Shown: one piece after another, positions 12,291 to 24,846 of the stretch
Layout: every line of letters starts with the position of its first letter
How positions within the stretch are numbered: the stretch's first letter is position 1
Assembly: GCA_002633005.1 (NCBI GenBank)
Contig: NMRA01000722.1
Span: 62,001-126,000, forward strand
Source: Phoronis australis
Taxonomy: Eukaryota; Animalia; Phoronida
Length of the DNA stretch: 64,000 nucleotides
Direction of reading: 5' to 3'
Program-made: the position numbers and the translations under genes
The notes under the pieces: model-generated
The model's input: the letters and a program-made list of their open reading frames with translations, nothing else
What the model was told of the DNA's origin: nothing
The model's database searches: none

Positions 12291-13762
12291 GTATCTAGAA
12301 CCATCCATACGTTCCGTTGCCTGTGCATGTTCACGGCGCCTCTCTAGTATTATTTGATCAGTGTATTCCGGTTCGAACTGATAGCCTGTGAAACCTAACG
12401 ATCCGACCCGTGAAGTCTTCGTCGTATGAGCTCTAGACTAAGTCGGGATTGGCACCGGGCGAGTTGCCATGTAGACGTTTATTATTCTGCGTTCTGTTTC
12501 AAAATGAATTACTCTCCTCCTAACCAATGCTTATATAAAACTGAAATAAAGTCTGTCGACATTAGATACAATTTGTAATGCCTTTGCAGTATTCGTGAGT
12601 GCAAATGTTGAGAAGCCAGCAATGAATAAACCACTGCGTTACCGGCTTTTGATGCTGGCAATAAAGGTAATTGACCGGGCACCGAGGCCATGTGAGAGCA
12701 TGCTAATTCAGTGTTTGCTGACAGAAAGCTGTTGTGAAAAAATTACACAATTTTATATGCTATGGTCATATGTTAGGGGAATTTTTATTTTATTTAGAAA
12801 TACAAATACATTATTCAAATCATTGTTACTGTACAGCCTTTGCCCTGACGGTCTGTGGAAGGGGAACCTGACTTCGCGGCCAGCAACAAGTAAGTAGATT
12901 TTCAGTTTCGTGGCTAATTTACATAAATAATTACATGCACATTATTTCTTTGACTCACTATTATAGTCTTTTCGTGACAGGAGGTCTAGTTTCCAACTCA
13001 AGCTGGTTGATGTTCGTGCCAGTCACGGCGGCTGCGACGTTCCTGATTGGGTTCCGAGCCACTGGCGGGGATAACGAGTCAGTCCGGCCGCGACGGGCGT
13101 GATCGGGTTCCGAGCTACTGGTTGGGACAACAAGCGTTTTGTGCGACTGTTTAGAACTCAAAAATCACAAATCTAAACAACATGCACAGATTAAGTTCTC
13201 CTGTCTGTATTTCACGGAAGAATACTTCGAATTTTTCTCAAAATAGACCCCAAACTCCTGCTACGCCACCTTGGTAAATTGGCGTGCTGAACTTTGTAAG
13301 CTACGGTGTGTCCAAATACAAATAAATCCGTAACAGCGAAATAAAACAACACATTTTTATAAGAACTCTGTATATTTTTAAGGGTTTTACATCAAAAGTT
13401 TTATGATTTATTGGGGTTAAAAGATGAATTCAAGCGATAAGCTGACACCAGTAACCCCTGTTGTGAACTGCTGAACATACTGCACGTGAAACCAATGACG
13501 TAATTGGATAATTTCGACACCTCCGTCTGCCGTCAGGTGTCACATAACGCAACCAAACGTGCCGTCATCGAGTAGAACTACTCGATCTAAATTGATACAA
13601 AATAGGTTGTTTTTTTGGGCGGCATTCTCCTTTAATAAGAGTTTACAAACTTTGCTCCAACCTTTTGAGAGTTGTCATGGGTTACAGGGTGTTATTTTGT
13701 TTCAGAAAACTGGATGGGAAAGTGGTTTTTAATGTATGTTAATAGGCCAAAATAGGGTTTGC

Positions 13763-14582
13763 ATGCCGTGAATAATACGATACACGAAAGTCACGCATTT
13801 CTAAAGATATGTGAAGACAACTAAGATGGCGAACTTTGTAGTCAGCGAGAGAGTGCAAGCAGTGGATGAGGTTGATCAATGGGCAAGATCTGTGATTTCA
13901 CTTTTTATGACTGAAAAGCTAGAATAGTTATGTAGTTACTGCAACCAAAATTGTCCAGAGGTTTCAAATATTCAGTTTGGCTATCACCACATTTGCACAT
14001 TTGTATATATTTTATGATTTGAGTTCTAATAAAGATTGAACTTGAACTAATGGCACGTAGAGTTTTGTTTGCTGTGACATGTTTGATGTAGCTGTAATCT
14101 GGAAAATTCAGGGATGGGTTCACAATTAACTGACTTCTAAGTTGTTTTGATGCTTTGGTTAAACATAAAATAAAAAGATAGCAACCCTAACCGGTATGAA
14201 AAAAGCAAATAGACAGGAGTATTAAAATAAAGTAATGAAAACAGGTATGAAACATATTTAAAACCAACGTTCCTTTGGGGAGTGGCCCTTTGTCCAGATC
14301 AACCCATATTAACTTTTTAGTCTTTTTGTAATATTTAAAATGTTCTAAGTTAAAACTGTTCTCCATATTGCAGGCTTTAACTCTGTGCCAATGCCAGAGA
14401 AAAACAATTTGGGTGTAATAAGGACCACCATTGTTAAGAAAGTAGTGCTAGCTATTACCTTTCCACTTCATTAGCTCAGATCTACATCAATACAAAGGGC
14501 GTGATAAATAGGCATTGTAAACGTTGTCTTGGGCTTAGGAACTCAGAGTGGTGACCAGTGTAAGCTAGAAATTCTCCACATG
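13763..14582 (-). mobile_element. Interspersed repeat, copy B (lacks ~650 bp present in copy A)
   Basis: Reverse complement of 4133-4906 joined directly to 5557-5606. Confidence 0.75.
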
Positions 14583-15910
14583 GGTATCCTATCAAGTAGA
14601 GAGTTTCTCCTGCTTTGGCTTCAACATTAGAGGTCAAGCAGCTGTCCTAGGATCATGCAACACAAAACAACAGAAGTCAATCACTGCTATAACATATACA
14701 AGGAGATATATATGTAGATTATTGCATGGCAAAGTCATTATCTCCCATAATCTAGCCCCCTCCCAGTGAATTTTGATAATTCTCCAAAATCCAAGAGGGC
14801 TCTAGATAAAGGAAATAACGAATGAGAACATGTAATAATCTATTTATACCACAGACTGAACAACAAAATTTGCAACGAATCAACCTTCCTTTCTCGACTC
14901 GCCTCGGCTTGGAACTACTTTCTATGTCAGACGCCTGGGGTCAGAGGTACGAATTTTAAGAAACGCCGAGTCATTCTTGTTAAAATAATGTTTTTACTCC
15001 AAGCTAATTGAAAATTTAAAGAAAATAGAAACAAAGTTAATTTAAAAATAAGTTATAACCAAATATTAACTACCTTGCTACACATCTTATCATGTTAAGC
15101 TTCCACTGTCAAAATATAGTCTGCTGACATGACGTTCAGTGACTTTACCAGACATAGGGGGTTGTGAGCGTGTCATAACATCTAGCTTCTTTGTTAATTG
15201 CCAAGCACAGCCTTTGTCTGGTATGACAACAGGCAATCTACCAGGCTTGTTACAGACCATGTGTGAACTCAGTCAAACCCAGAGCAAATTGGTACGCTCG
15301 GAGAGAATAGATTGTCGTAACTTCGGTTGTAGTTTAGTGATTTTGGCAATTCAAAATCTAAACATGATCAGCGTTTGATGAAGAATTTAGAAATGCTATT
15401 GGTTTATGTTCAAATATGTAATAACTTAACTTTTATTTTTAACAGCACAGCCCAGTCAGGCTAGATACGATCTTATTGGAGATTAGAGCAATTATCGAAC
15501 AAGAGAGCTGGTCCTCCAACCATCAATGCCAGAATGGAGTTAATCAGTTATGTAAGATATTGGCTACAGGGGTCATCTTCCCAACTTGTTGTTGGGCTAT
15601 AGAATCGAACAAGTTGGGAACAACGGGAAAACGCCGTAATGAAAGTAGGTTTAATTACCACTGGATACTGAATATAATGTCCAAGTCAAAGATTCCTGAC
15701 AACATGTTACCCACATTTAAACTGGAGATTGATGATTTACAAGTGAGAGCAAATGACAGATAAATTTTACTGAATTAAAGATGTTGTTTTTATTGAAATT
15801 GTATGTAATTCACAGCATAATTAAATGGTGGTACAATGCAGTTTGTTGAACAACTGATTATTGCACATTCTTATTTAAGTGTTCAATTTTCAAGGAAGGT
15901 GACGTCAGCT

Positions 15911-15990
15911 GCTGAATAGCTCAGTGGTTAAGGTGATGGCTGTCGTAACATGAAACTTGAGTGAAGTTTGTTCGAATCCGGCCCAGGGTT
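15911..15990 (+). mobile_element. tRNA-derived (SINE-head-like) fragment
   Basis: A-box TAGCTCAGTGG and B-box GTTCGAATCC; no clean cloverleaf. Confidence 0.55.
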
Positions 15991-15999
15991 CCCACGAAA

Positions 16000-16303
16000 G
16001 TGTTAATCAACACGTATATATAGATGCTGATGTTGGCCAATAGTGAAATGTATTAAATAAACACAGAAAAATCAGGAACCCCACCTGGGAATCGAACCAC
16101 AAGTCTCTAGATTGCCAGTCTAATGCTCTTACCACTGAGCAACTGAGGACCCAATATCTGTGCAATTACTGTTTGCAGCCAACTGTTATGTCATCCCATG
16201 AGCAGGTGATTCCCAGTTGAGGTTCCCAATCTTTCTGTGTTTATTTGATATATTTTACTATTGGCCAATATCAGTGTCTATGTTTACTATTTCTAATTAA
16301 CAC
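16000..16303. mobile_element. Palindromic element (~95-bp arms) enclosing a tRNA-like sequence on the minus strand (~16078-16152)
   Basis: Ends GTGTTAAT/ATTAACAC; 16019-16093 is the reverse complement of 16208-16281; minus strand has GCTCAGTGG, TTAGA-CTGGCAA-TCTAG and GGTTCGATTCC. Confidence 0.7.
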
Positions 16304-16360
16304 ATATTAGTAAATTGCTATTATATAATTGTTCAACTCTCGTCTGAAAAAGGCGAAATG

Positions 16361-16542
16361 CTGCTCGTAGGATGGATGACATAACAGTTGGCTGTAAACA
16401 GTTATTGCACAGATATCGGGTCCTCCGTAGCTCAGTAGTAAGAGCACTAGACCTGCAATCTGGAGACCTGTGGGTCCATTCCCATTTGGGGTTTCTGATA
16501 TTTCTCTGTTTATTTGATATTTATCACCACGCGTTGATTAAC
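16361..16542 (+). mobile_element. Second, inverted partial copy of the tRNA-containing unit
   Basis: Reverse complement of 16000-16205; TAGCTCAGTAG, CTAGA-CCTGCAA-TCTGG, degraded B-box GGTCCATTCC. Confidence 0.7.
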
Positions 16543-17497
16543 AAAATGGGTTAATCAATGGTTGTAATGGCCATGACAGACTGATTACGTGGTATAGTCT
16601 TGTTAATTGGTGATACATGGACATGTTCAATATACAATTACAGCCGTGTGTCATGAACACTAGTGCACCTGTTAATTCATTACTAGTCATTTAATAACAC
16701 ACTCCTGTAATTTCCTACATCACTAATGCACTAAGCTGACAAGGGGAGCACAAAATCAGGAATCTACAACAACAGAAAATCAATAACAGTCCCACTACTT
16801 ACTACATGATTTAAAACAATTCCACAGGGTTGTTTAAAAATAAATTGGGCCATTTTGAAGTAGTTAGCCATACTATACCAGTATGTCTGTTTCACATCAG
16901 ATAGCAGAGCTAAATGACAGTTTAACAGATGCAGTCTTTTGTTTGTTATTTAACGACATAAAAGAAACAGTGAACAACAGCAAACAAACAAAGGAGCCTA
17001 ATACTTGCCTTGGATCAATTACATAGTTTATGTAAGTAAGATAAAAGTCAAATGTAAATTTCTTTATAGGAATGAATATTAATTTTTTGAAAATGACTTC
17101 TATTGTAGCAAGAACAGCTGATGTACGCATTTCAGATCTGAAGGAAAATATTGAGGTTCTCTGACAAAAATTCACCACTTACTGCTGCAGACGAAGAGGC
17201 AAACATTTCTTACACTATAGTTATACCCACTACTATAATTGTACATTCCGAGAGAACTCTATGGGGCTCTTGAGGGAACAATGATTTTTCCTCTACATGG
17301 GGTTGCTTGACTTAATTTCATGCAGTCTGTAAATATTTTTGAATTGTAAACTATTGTAAAATCTCACCAATACTTATTACACAGTCAAGGAAATTTTTGT
17401 TTTTTTCATTTTTTTATAAAAAATAAGTAAAATAGCACTAAATTAATGTTTTACAGATGGGAACTCGAAGCAATTGTTAGAAGTCTTTAAAAAATGA

Positions 17498-19960
17498 ACA
17501 AGAATAACGCATTGACATGCATTTCTATAGACCACCAGAAAGTGCTGTAGTTGTCAAATCTGCCCCAATATCAAATGGTGCTGCTCCACAGGAATAATAT
17601 ACCTTTGAGTCAAATTTCATTAAAATCTGTCAATCTTCCCTCAGACAACACTTGAAAATACCCTTGTTGATAAAAACATGGTGCCGGCGCATGGAATCAT
17701 ATATCACTGTATTAAGTTTCATTGAAATCTGTCACTTAGTTCTCTAGATATCGTCCCAACACACTATTTGACCAAATGTCACTTGAAAAGCCCCTGTCAC
17801 GATGCTGCAGCGGATGAATCCACCCTAAAAACAAAGGGCTCGGCACATTGATATCACACGTCTGAAGTTTCATTAACATAATGCCAATCATTTTTAGACA
17901 TCATTCAAAATTGCTTGTCCTCCAAAACCCCATGTGGAAATCCTGCAGAAGTTGAATGCACCCAAAATTTAATGGTGTCTATGCACTGACATTAATACCT
18001 CTGTGCCAAGTTTCATAACAATTCGTCAATCACTTTTCCAGATATCATCCAGAACACTTTTCCCCCAAACAACACTTGAAAAGCCCCTTACTGAATGATG
18101 ACCAATTCCACTTAGAAGACGCCTTTTTCAAAGCGTTCGTACAACCAGGACCCATAAAAAAGACACGGCAAACCATTTACAGCACTGTGGCAAACAGTAG
18201 AAAATGAAAGCGCTCCGAGGAGCGACACTTGGCGTAATTAACCTAAAAAAAACCACGTTAGAGATGACCAGAAAAGACGACGACAGAGATGATGACGAAG
18301 ATGACAGCTATGACGACGATGGTGGCGATAATGGACAATGCAAGTTATATCATTCATATGATGAACGTAGATGTCAGAAATCACTAAGAGATAGGCTTCA
18401 GTCTTGAGCGACACTTGGCGAAATTAAATGAAGAAAAGACGTCGGAGATGATGACGAAGATGACAAATATGATGATAGTGGTGGAGATGATGAACAACAT
18501 CGTAACATTCATATGACGAACTTAGATGTCATAAATCAATAAGAAATAGGCTACAGTCTAGTTCAATAGAAGCTAAACCAACATCAATGCAGCAAGAGCG
18601 CTCAACAAAGGAACAGCGTTATCAGAAAATCTCAAATAACTCGAAAAGTAGACGTCTTAGCAAAAAAATGGAAAACATCTTCTGAAAGCCCATTCAAAAT
18701 TCTATCTAAATTGATAGCATCACACAATTCCGTAAATTTTTTCGAAAAAAATGTAATTTTGCGTTTTTTTAAGAAATTTAAAGTCAAATATGTCGAAAAC
18801 GGTAAGTCTGAGAAAAAAATTTTTAGAGTTCATTTGAAAGAATATACGTTATAGAATCCACATACAAAAATTCACGTCATTTTCTTCTCCCGTTTAAGTG
18901 GCACCTCAGCACGACTGAAAATAGGTCAACATGTGCCAGAACCGCCATCTTGGAAGCAACTTCCGGTTTTTTGGCCTTGTATAATAGCAAATCATAAAAA
19001 ACTAATAACTGCAAAAATTCAAAGGAATTGGCCCTATATTGCGCCCTCTACAGGAGAATACGTTTTTTTTCCCGAAATAAAGGTGCGCATGTGCGAATGC
19101 CAATATTTCCGCCATCTTGAACCGGAAGTAAAAAATTTCGTGCGAACAAAAAAAAACAAACTTGATGGAAGAGCAACATACTTGGCGAAATTTATTATTT
19201 CGCCAAGTAATAAGAAGGGCTGATACAATAATAAAATACGATGTAAACTCTTCACAATATGGCACAGTGATATGTGATAAGCAGTCGAGGCCCGACCAGC
19301 CACGTCACTGACATATCAGCCAATCAGTGATCACTGTCAGGATCTGTCTTTGACAATAAACATGAATGAGCTTTTTTTTAGCACACAACACGGACAAAAG
19401 TGAGATTTATTTGTATGTTAGAACCGGTTAACTGCATATACCGGTTCTCTACATATTACCTAGAAACACAGTCACACAAAATGGCCACTAGGAGGTACTG
19501 CAGCACTCAAATCTGCCTGAATATCAAGTTATGCCAGCGCATTCACATGATATACCTCTGAGTCAAGCTTTGAAATTCATCAATTGGTTCTCACGATATC
19601 ATACGGAAACACTCTTCCTTTGCAATCGATGTGGAAAGCCCCTTGCTTAGAATAAAATGGCCACTAGGACGTGCTGCAGAGGTGGAATCCCCTAAAAATT
19701 TTACATCTCATATCTCTGTGTCAAGTTTCATTGAAATCCGTCAATCCGTTCACTAGATATCATTAGGAAATGCTCAGTCCTTCAACCAAAAATACTGAAA
19801 GTCACGCCCCCTGGCCCCAGCATGCAGAACATCTTGAAAAGTGGCAAAAACCCTTTCAGTGATGCCATACACCTTCATTGTGCCAAATTTCATCAAAATC
19901 TCACTACGGTTTTTGAGATATTGAGAGGACACCAGGACAACCTCATAACATTTAAATCAG
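17498..19960. mobile_element. Nested, degraded HINE-type repeats
   Basis: AACAAGAA start; repeated (C)AAGTTTCAT/CCAAATTTCAT units; GGCCACTAGG motifs near 19483 and 19659; terminal hairpin CTTGGCGAAAT..ATTTCGCCAAG at 19181-19207; boundaries approximate. Confidence 0.5.
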
Positions 19961-22900
19961 CCTAACTCATCCTGACTCTGGGTATAGTGATGACAATATA
20001 CAGGTACAACCACATTATATATACATATATGGGTGCATAAAGAAGGCTGTGTTTGGCAATACTCTTTTTCACAAAAATCAATGAGATATTAATATACACT
20101 TGCCGATCATGCAGACCCTTATAGTCATTTATTATTGGCATCTTCAAGCATGAAATATTGAATTTATCTGTAAAACCAGTGACCATTTGCATGAAACAAT
20201 CCCACATAGTGGCTTAATCATGCTTCTAACATATCCGGGCATTTATGACTTCGTGCACTGATTGAACTTTCCAATACTGTCTTAGCTTCATCAATAAGTC
20301 TATTTTAAGCACATACCAAAAGTGAACTCTACATGGAGTTCTCAGTATTATTGAAAATAAATAGGAAATGTTTCATGCACTATACCTAATTTAAGGACAA
20401 AGTCCGTATTTGTTTTCGTTGAAATAAGGGGGTCAATTTTCAGATATATTATAAGAAAACAGTCAAAGAGGAGATAAATTAATCCGAAACATAACATTGA
20501 TGAGCAAACAAAATGTGTAGACAATTTAGTCCAGACCCTATTTGGGGATGTTTGATGGAACCAGCCGCAAGTATGTGAACACTGGTATAACTTAAATCCA
20601 GCACAGGTGATATTGTTGTAAAAACAATAACAAGGAATGTCATGTGTTTTCTATTAAGTGAAGCTTAACTGCACTTTTTGATAAAGGATTCATCAGACAT
20701 ATGGCAAGCAGGTTATTTCAGCCAAGGCTGTTTTGAAATAAAATACATGGCAGAAGCAATGTATTGCAATGGCATGTGCTTGAATAACCGTGGCCCTACT
20801 GCATAAGACTAAGCAATGTATTGGAATGGTATGTGCATGAATAACCGTGGCCTTACTGCATAAGACAAGGAAAAATGACCCAACATTAATTAGGTTTTTC
20901 TATTAGTTGACGAAGAAACAATAAGTGATTGCTGTAAGTGCCGATAAACCTTTGTTTGTAAAGACTTTGAAATTCTGTTGATGTCACAGCATTTTTCCTT
21001 AAGTTTCAAATACCAAAAAAGCGATCTGATAACTGCTTGTCACTTTGTCAATTTTTCTCCCACAAGGCAAAGCATATCTCCTCATTTGGTATGGAAGACT
21101 TAGACGTAGCACTTTTCCCCTATATGGAAAATGTGACATTTGATGTTAACAAAACAACGACGACTTCAAGAAGCATCCATCTGTGAGCGTATGAGCACAG
21201 GTATATATAATTAGGGGCGGGGATTTGAAAACTGTACTTAGTTNCCACTGTAGAGTAAAACCAATAAAGAAGTGTTAATTTACTTAATTTCACAACTTGA
21301 TTATTTGCAACTGGTACAAAATTAAATCAAAACATTCTCCTCTACCCACTGCTTGAAATGGGATGCCCCAAGGTAATAGTCACATTACTCAAATAGCAGT
21401 CGATATACCGTTGCTGGAATAAGTAAAAAAGATGACAGCCAAGAGACAGACAGTAGGAACAAAATAACATTACCCTATTAAATAACATTACACTATCACT
21501 GGTTGTTTATCCATGTGAAATTGATGTCACAACATGTTGAAGTTTGTTTATTCGATAAATTTCTACTGGCAGCACCTCCCTGCCACAGCCTCCAATGTGA
21601 TGGTCCTCCGATAGCCTCTTACATTAAATATAAGTCAGCAAGCAAACTTTTACCGTACAGGTCCCAGTGAAGTAAAAAGACAGGAGGTGGGTATTGAGCC
21701 AAGCATGCATGTTTAAAAATAAGAAGACAGAGATGGATATTTGTCTAAACAAGCAATTTGTTGATGTTATACTTATGTAACAACATGACAGTATGTTAAG
21801 AATTCACTTATTTTACAGATAACATCACCTAAAAGTAAAATTCTATTTTGTCAAATATCACCACATGAATAGAGACTAAGCATCATTTGTACTGAGCGCG
21901 GGATGTCACATAAAACAACTTTTGGTAAATTTTTCATAATTTACAGTAATCAGCTTGATCAATGAAAAAATGACAAATTTGGCAATTATCTTTATGCAAA
22001 ATCGTAAGAGGAGAATGATAGTAATTTCCCACCAGATTAAAGGCAAGGGGCTGGTGAAACTCGATGTGACCGTTTCCAGCTCAAAGGTAAATGAATTTTG
22101 TACATTTTGGGACCTAAAATTCGCGCAAGGTGAGCTAACACAATGACACATGTGCCTTCAAAGAAATGTTGAGGATATAAATATAATGCTCAGCTGAATG
22201 AGGGAGTTCAACAGTGGAAAATTGGAACATATCAATGGGGGTGGGCTGTAAGCAAGAAGCTGAACATGGGAGATAATCCAAGTGAGTTTACACAAGTATG
22301 GTAGTAAGATAAGGTCTGACATGATAGTGTAAACTCTCACCATCACGAATCAATGATCTAATTAATTACCTTACATGATACAGAACAGGCAGCGCTCATT
22401 AAACCTACCTTGGATGTGATACAGTGTGCACCTGTTATCACTTTATAATCATCAACACTAGAGGGTGTAAGTGATTACACTAAATGACTTCCTGAAACAT
22501 TAGGAGGCACACTACAGTTGTTACAGGGTTTTGGCTGCCGGCACACACCCAAGTGGAGACGAGTCCTTATCTCACGTCCTTATCCAGAGTCTAAAAAAAC
22601 AACAGGTTTTTTGGCATTCCCAACACAAAAGCACTACTCATGATAACTGAAACTTAATTATGCTATAGATTTTTAATCGCTTAATTCACATCGGGGAAAA
22701 AATACCGGCACACAAAAATAGGACCAAAAAACACCAAATTTGACAGTTTTCTCCCCAAATTTACCAATTCCCTGCAACGGTGCTAGGAAAAATCTGACTA
22801 CAGATTCAGAATGCTCGTTCTCTTTAGATTCTAAAAATGTGGTCACAGTGCGCCATTTTTTGATCTGTCTGACAGCCACCTGAAATTGCATCCGGTTTCT

Positions 22901-24249
22901 CAGTCAGCAGGCGACACTGGGTTAAAAGCAAACGACAGCCACTATTTTGCATCAAAAGTAGGTCACAGCTAAAAAACTTGGCTTTTCTCATTCAAAAACA
23001 CAAGTAAATCAGTTTCCTGGCAACTGTTTTCAAAAATTCATCAAACCACACGCCAAACCTGACACAACGCCCTCTATTTAAATTCTAGGGAATAAAAAAT
23101 GCCCAGCAGTTCTGTCGACCTCACTGACCATACAAAAGCCACAATTTGAAACAAAATGGGAGGTGATTCTAAACACGCAACAACTAGATGAGTGGTTCAG
23201 TGAAGCTCATAGATCATATGTAGAGTTTTCGATCAATACAAAACCAGATGCCCTCAACTCGGGTTAGTGGGTATGTTTTTTCATTTAGAATCTGTGCCAC
23301 CAATTTGCAGTTACGCACTTTTCATTTAGAATCTGTGCCACCAATTTGCAGTTACGCACTTTTTTGTAAAGAAGAAGCTGGTGGTATAATTCATTTTGCA
23401 TCACATGCCTTCTAGTTGGCACTGGTTCAGTGGATGAATTCAAAGGTGACTGTATCTTTAGGTCTTCTTATACGCATTGCAAGCATTATTTTTTGCAAAC
23501 CTTCCTCTGGCTCAATGTTCTAATAAGTGTTTAGTTAAAGTTTATCCAACTCTCTAATATTAATGCTATCTTATTTATTGCTGAAAACTGAAAAAAAAAA
23601 ACATGTCCCATGCATTGAAAATCTGAAAACAGACGTTTTTTTCAAAAATATTACAATATTGAAATTAATTACATCCATTTAAAAACTGTAAAACGAGCTG
23701 CTATGTTGCTTTTAGTTTCAGGATTACAGTTATGTGTCCCTTGGCAAGAAAATTGACGAACTGTGACCCAATTTGGGAACATCAGATCTCAAGAATGATA
23801 AGTCATGAAAATTTGAAGCTTTTTGAATTTTATCTTGAACAAAGAAAAAGAAATTAAGCCATGTTTTGATACCAATGTTTTACTATTAAATTGTCATCCT
23901 TTTTTACTTAATTCTACTGAAAAGAAATAGGTCATTTGACATACTTTGACAAGATTTTTGAATAAATTTTCTGAATGCACAGACTTGATTATATGGATAC
24001 TCATATTCTCTGGTTTTCCTTAAATGAATGTGTAATTAATATACAAGCTAATGAAAACCAACACTTAATTAGTTTTATGTTACTCTCATATGCAAAGTTT
24101 GTTGAAAGTGAGAGTGACATCCATTTATTACAAAGTTTGAATGCAGAGAGATTGCTATCAGACTATTCTTCTGGCAAGGATCAACATAATTATAAAGATC
24201 AGCCACTTAACAGAAAATCTCTTCAATTTCAGACATCAAAAATCACTTA
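19513..24249 (+). repeat. Large direct duplication, copy 1 (gap n at 21244)
   Basis: Near-identical to 24847-31238; the n replaces the equivalent of 26618-28235. Confidence 0.95.
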
Positions 24250-24845
24250 CCGTAAACGTTCGGGTTAACGCCCTGGGCGGTTAAATTGGCAAACCCAAAA
24301 AATCGGGGGTGGGCGGTTAACCAGACATGGGCGCTTAAACGTGAAATTTCAAGAAATCCTGGGTGGGCGGTTAACTGAGCATGGGCGCTTATTACGACAG
24401 ACAACCGCCCTGGGCGGTTAATCTTACATGATCAGAGTACCACACGACACACGTACTCGGAACGCGTAGAACTTTTCAAAGAGCTTTATCGTCAAGTCGC
24501 CAAATACCGCTAAAAGTGTCATAACAGCGGGCGATCCCAAGAAATGTTTTGCTGCCCACAGATTAGTCAATCACAATTAAATTTTCAAAATTGGTGAGTA
24601 ATAGCCCTGTGCCTTCCTGTGATCTTATTAGAGCTGTAGTGCGCAGACGACCAGTAACAATAACTTGAATTGCAACTATTCTTACGCGATGACACTTTAG
24701 AAATGCGCGCGTGCGGGCGCGAGCTTCACCTGTTGCAGAGGTCACAGCAGACATCAAATTTATGGTGCTGTCAAGTTCCGAGTCAAAGACCAATTTTAAA
24801 ATTAATGATGTAATAAAATTTTGAAAAACAAATTCAGGTGTTTTT
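24250..24845 (+). mobile_element. Left end of a TA-inserting DNA transposon (Tc1/mariner-pogo-like), truncated by a gap
   Basis: Starts TA|CCGTAAACG; subterminal repeats TGGGCG(G/C)TTA; empty site CACTTAATTG in the duplicate at 31233-31242. Confidence 0.7.
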
Positions 24846-24846
24846 N

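Noticed and set aside
15911-16495. Functional tRNA genes
   Set aside because: Imperfect stems, inconsistent anticodons, a degraded B-box in one copy, and embedding in repeats; treated as tRNA-derived
18204-18560. Asp-rich ORF
   Set aside because: GAT/GAC low-complexity tract within a ~180-bp duplicated repeat unit
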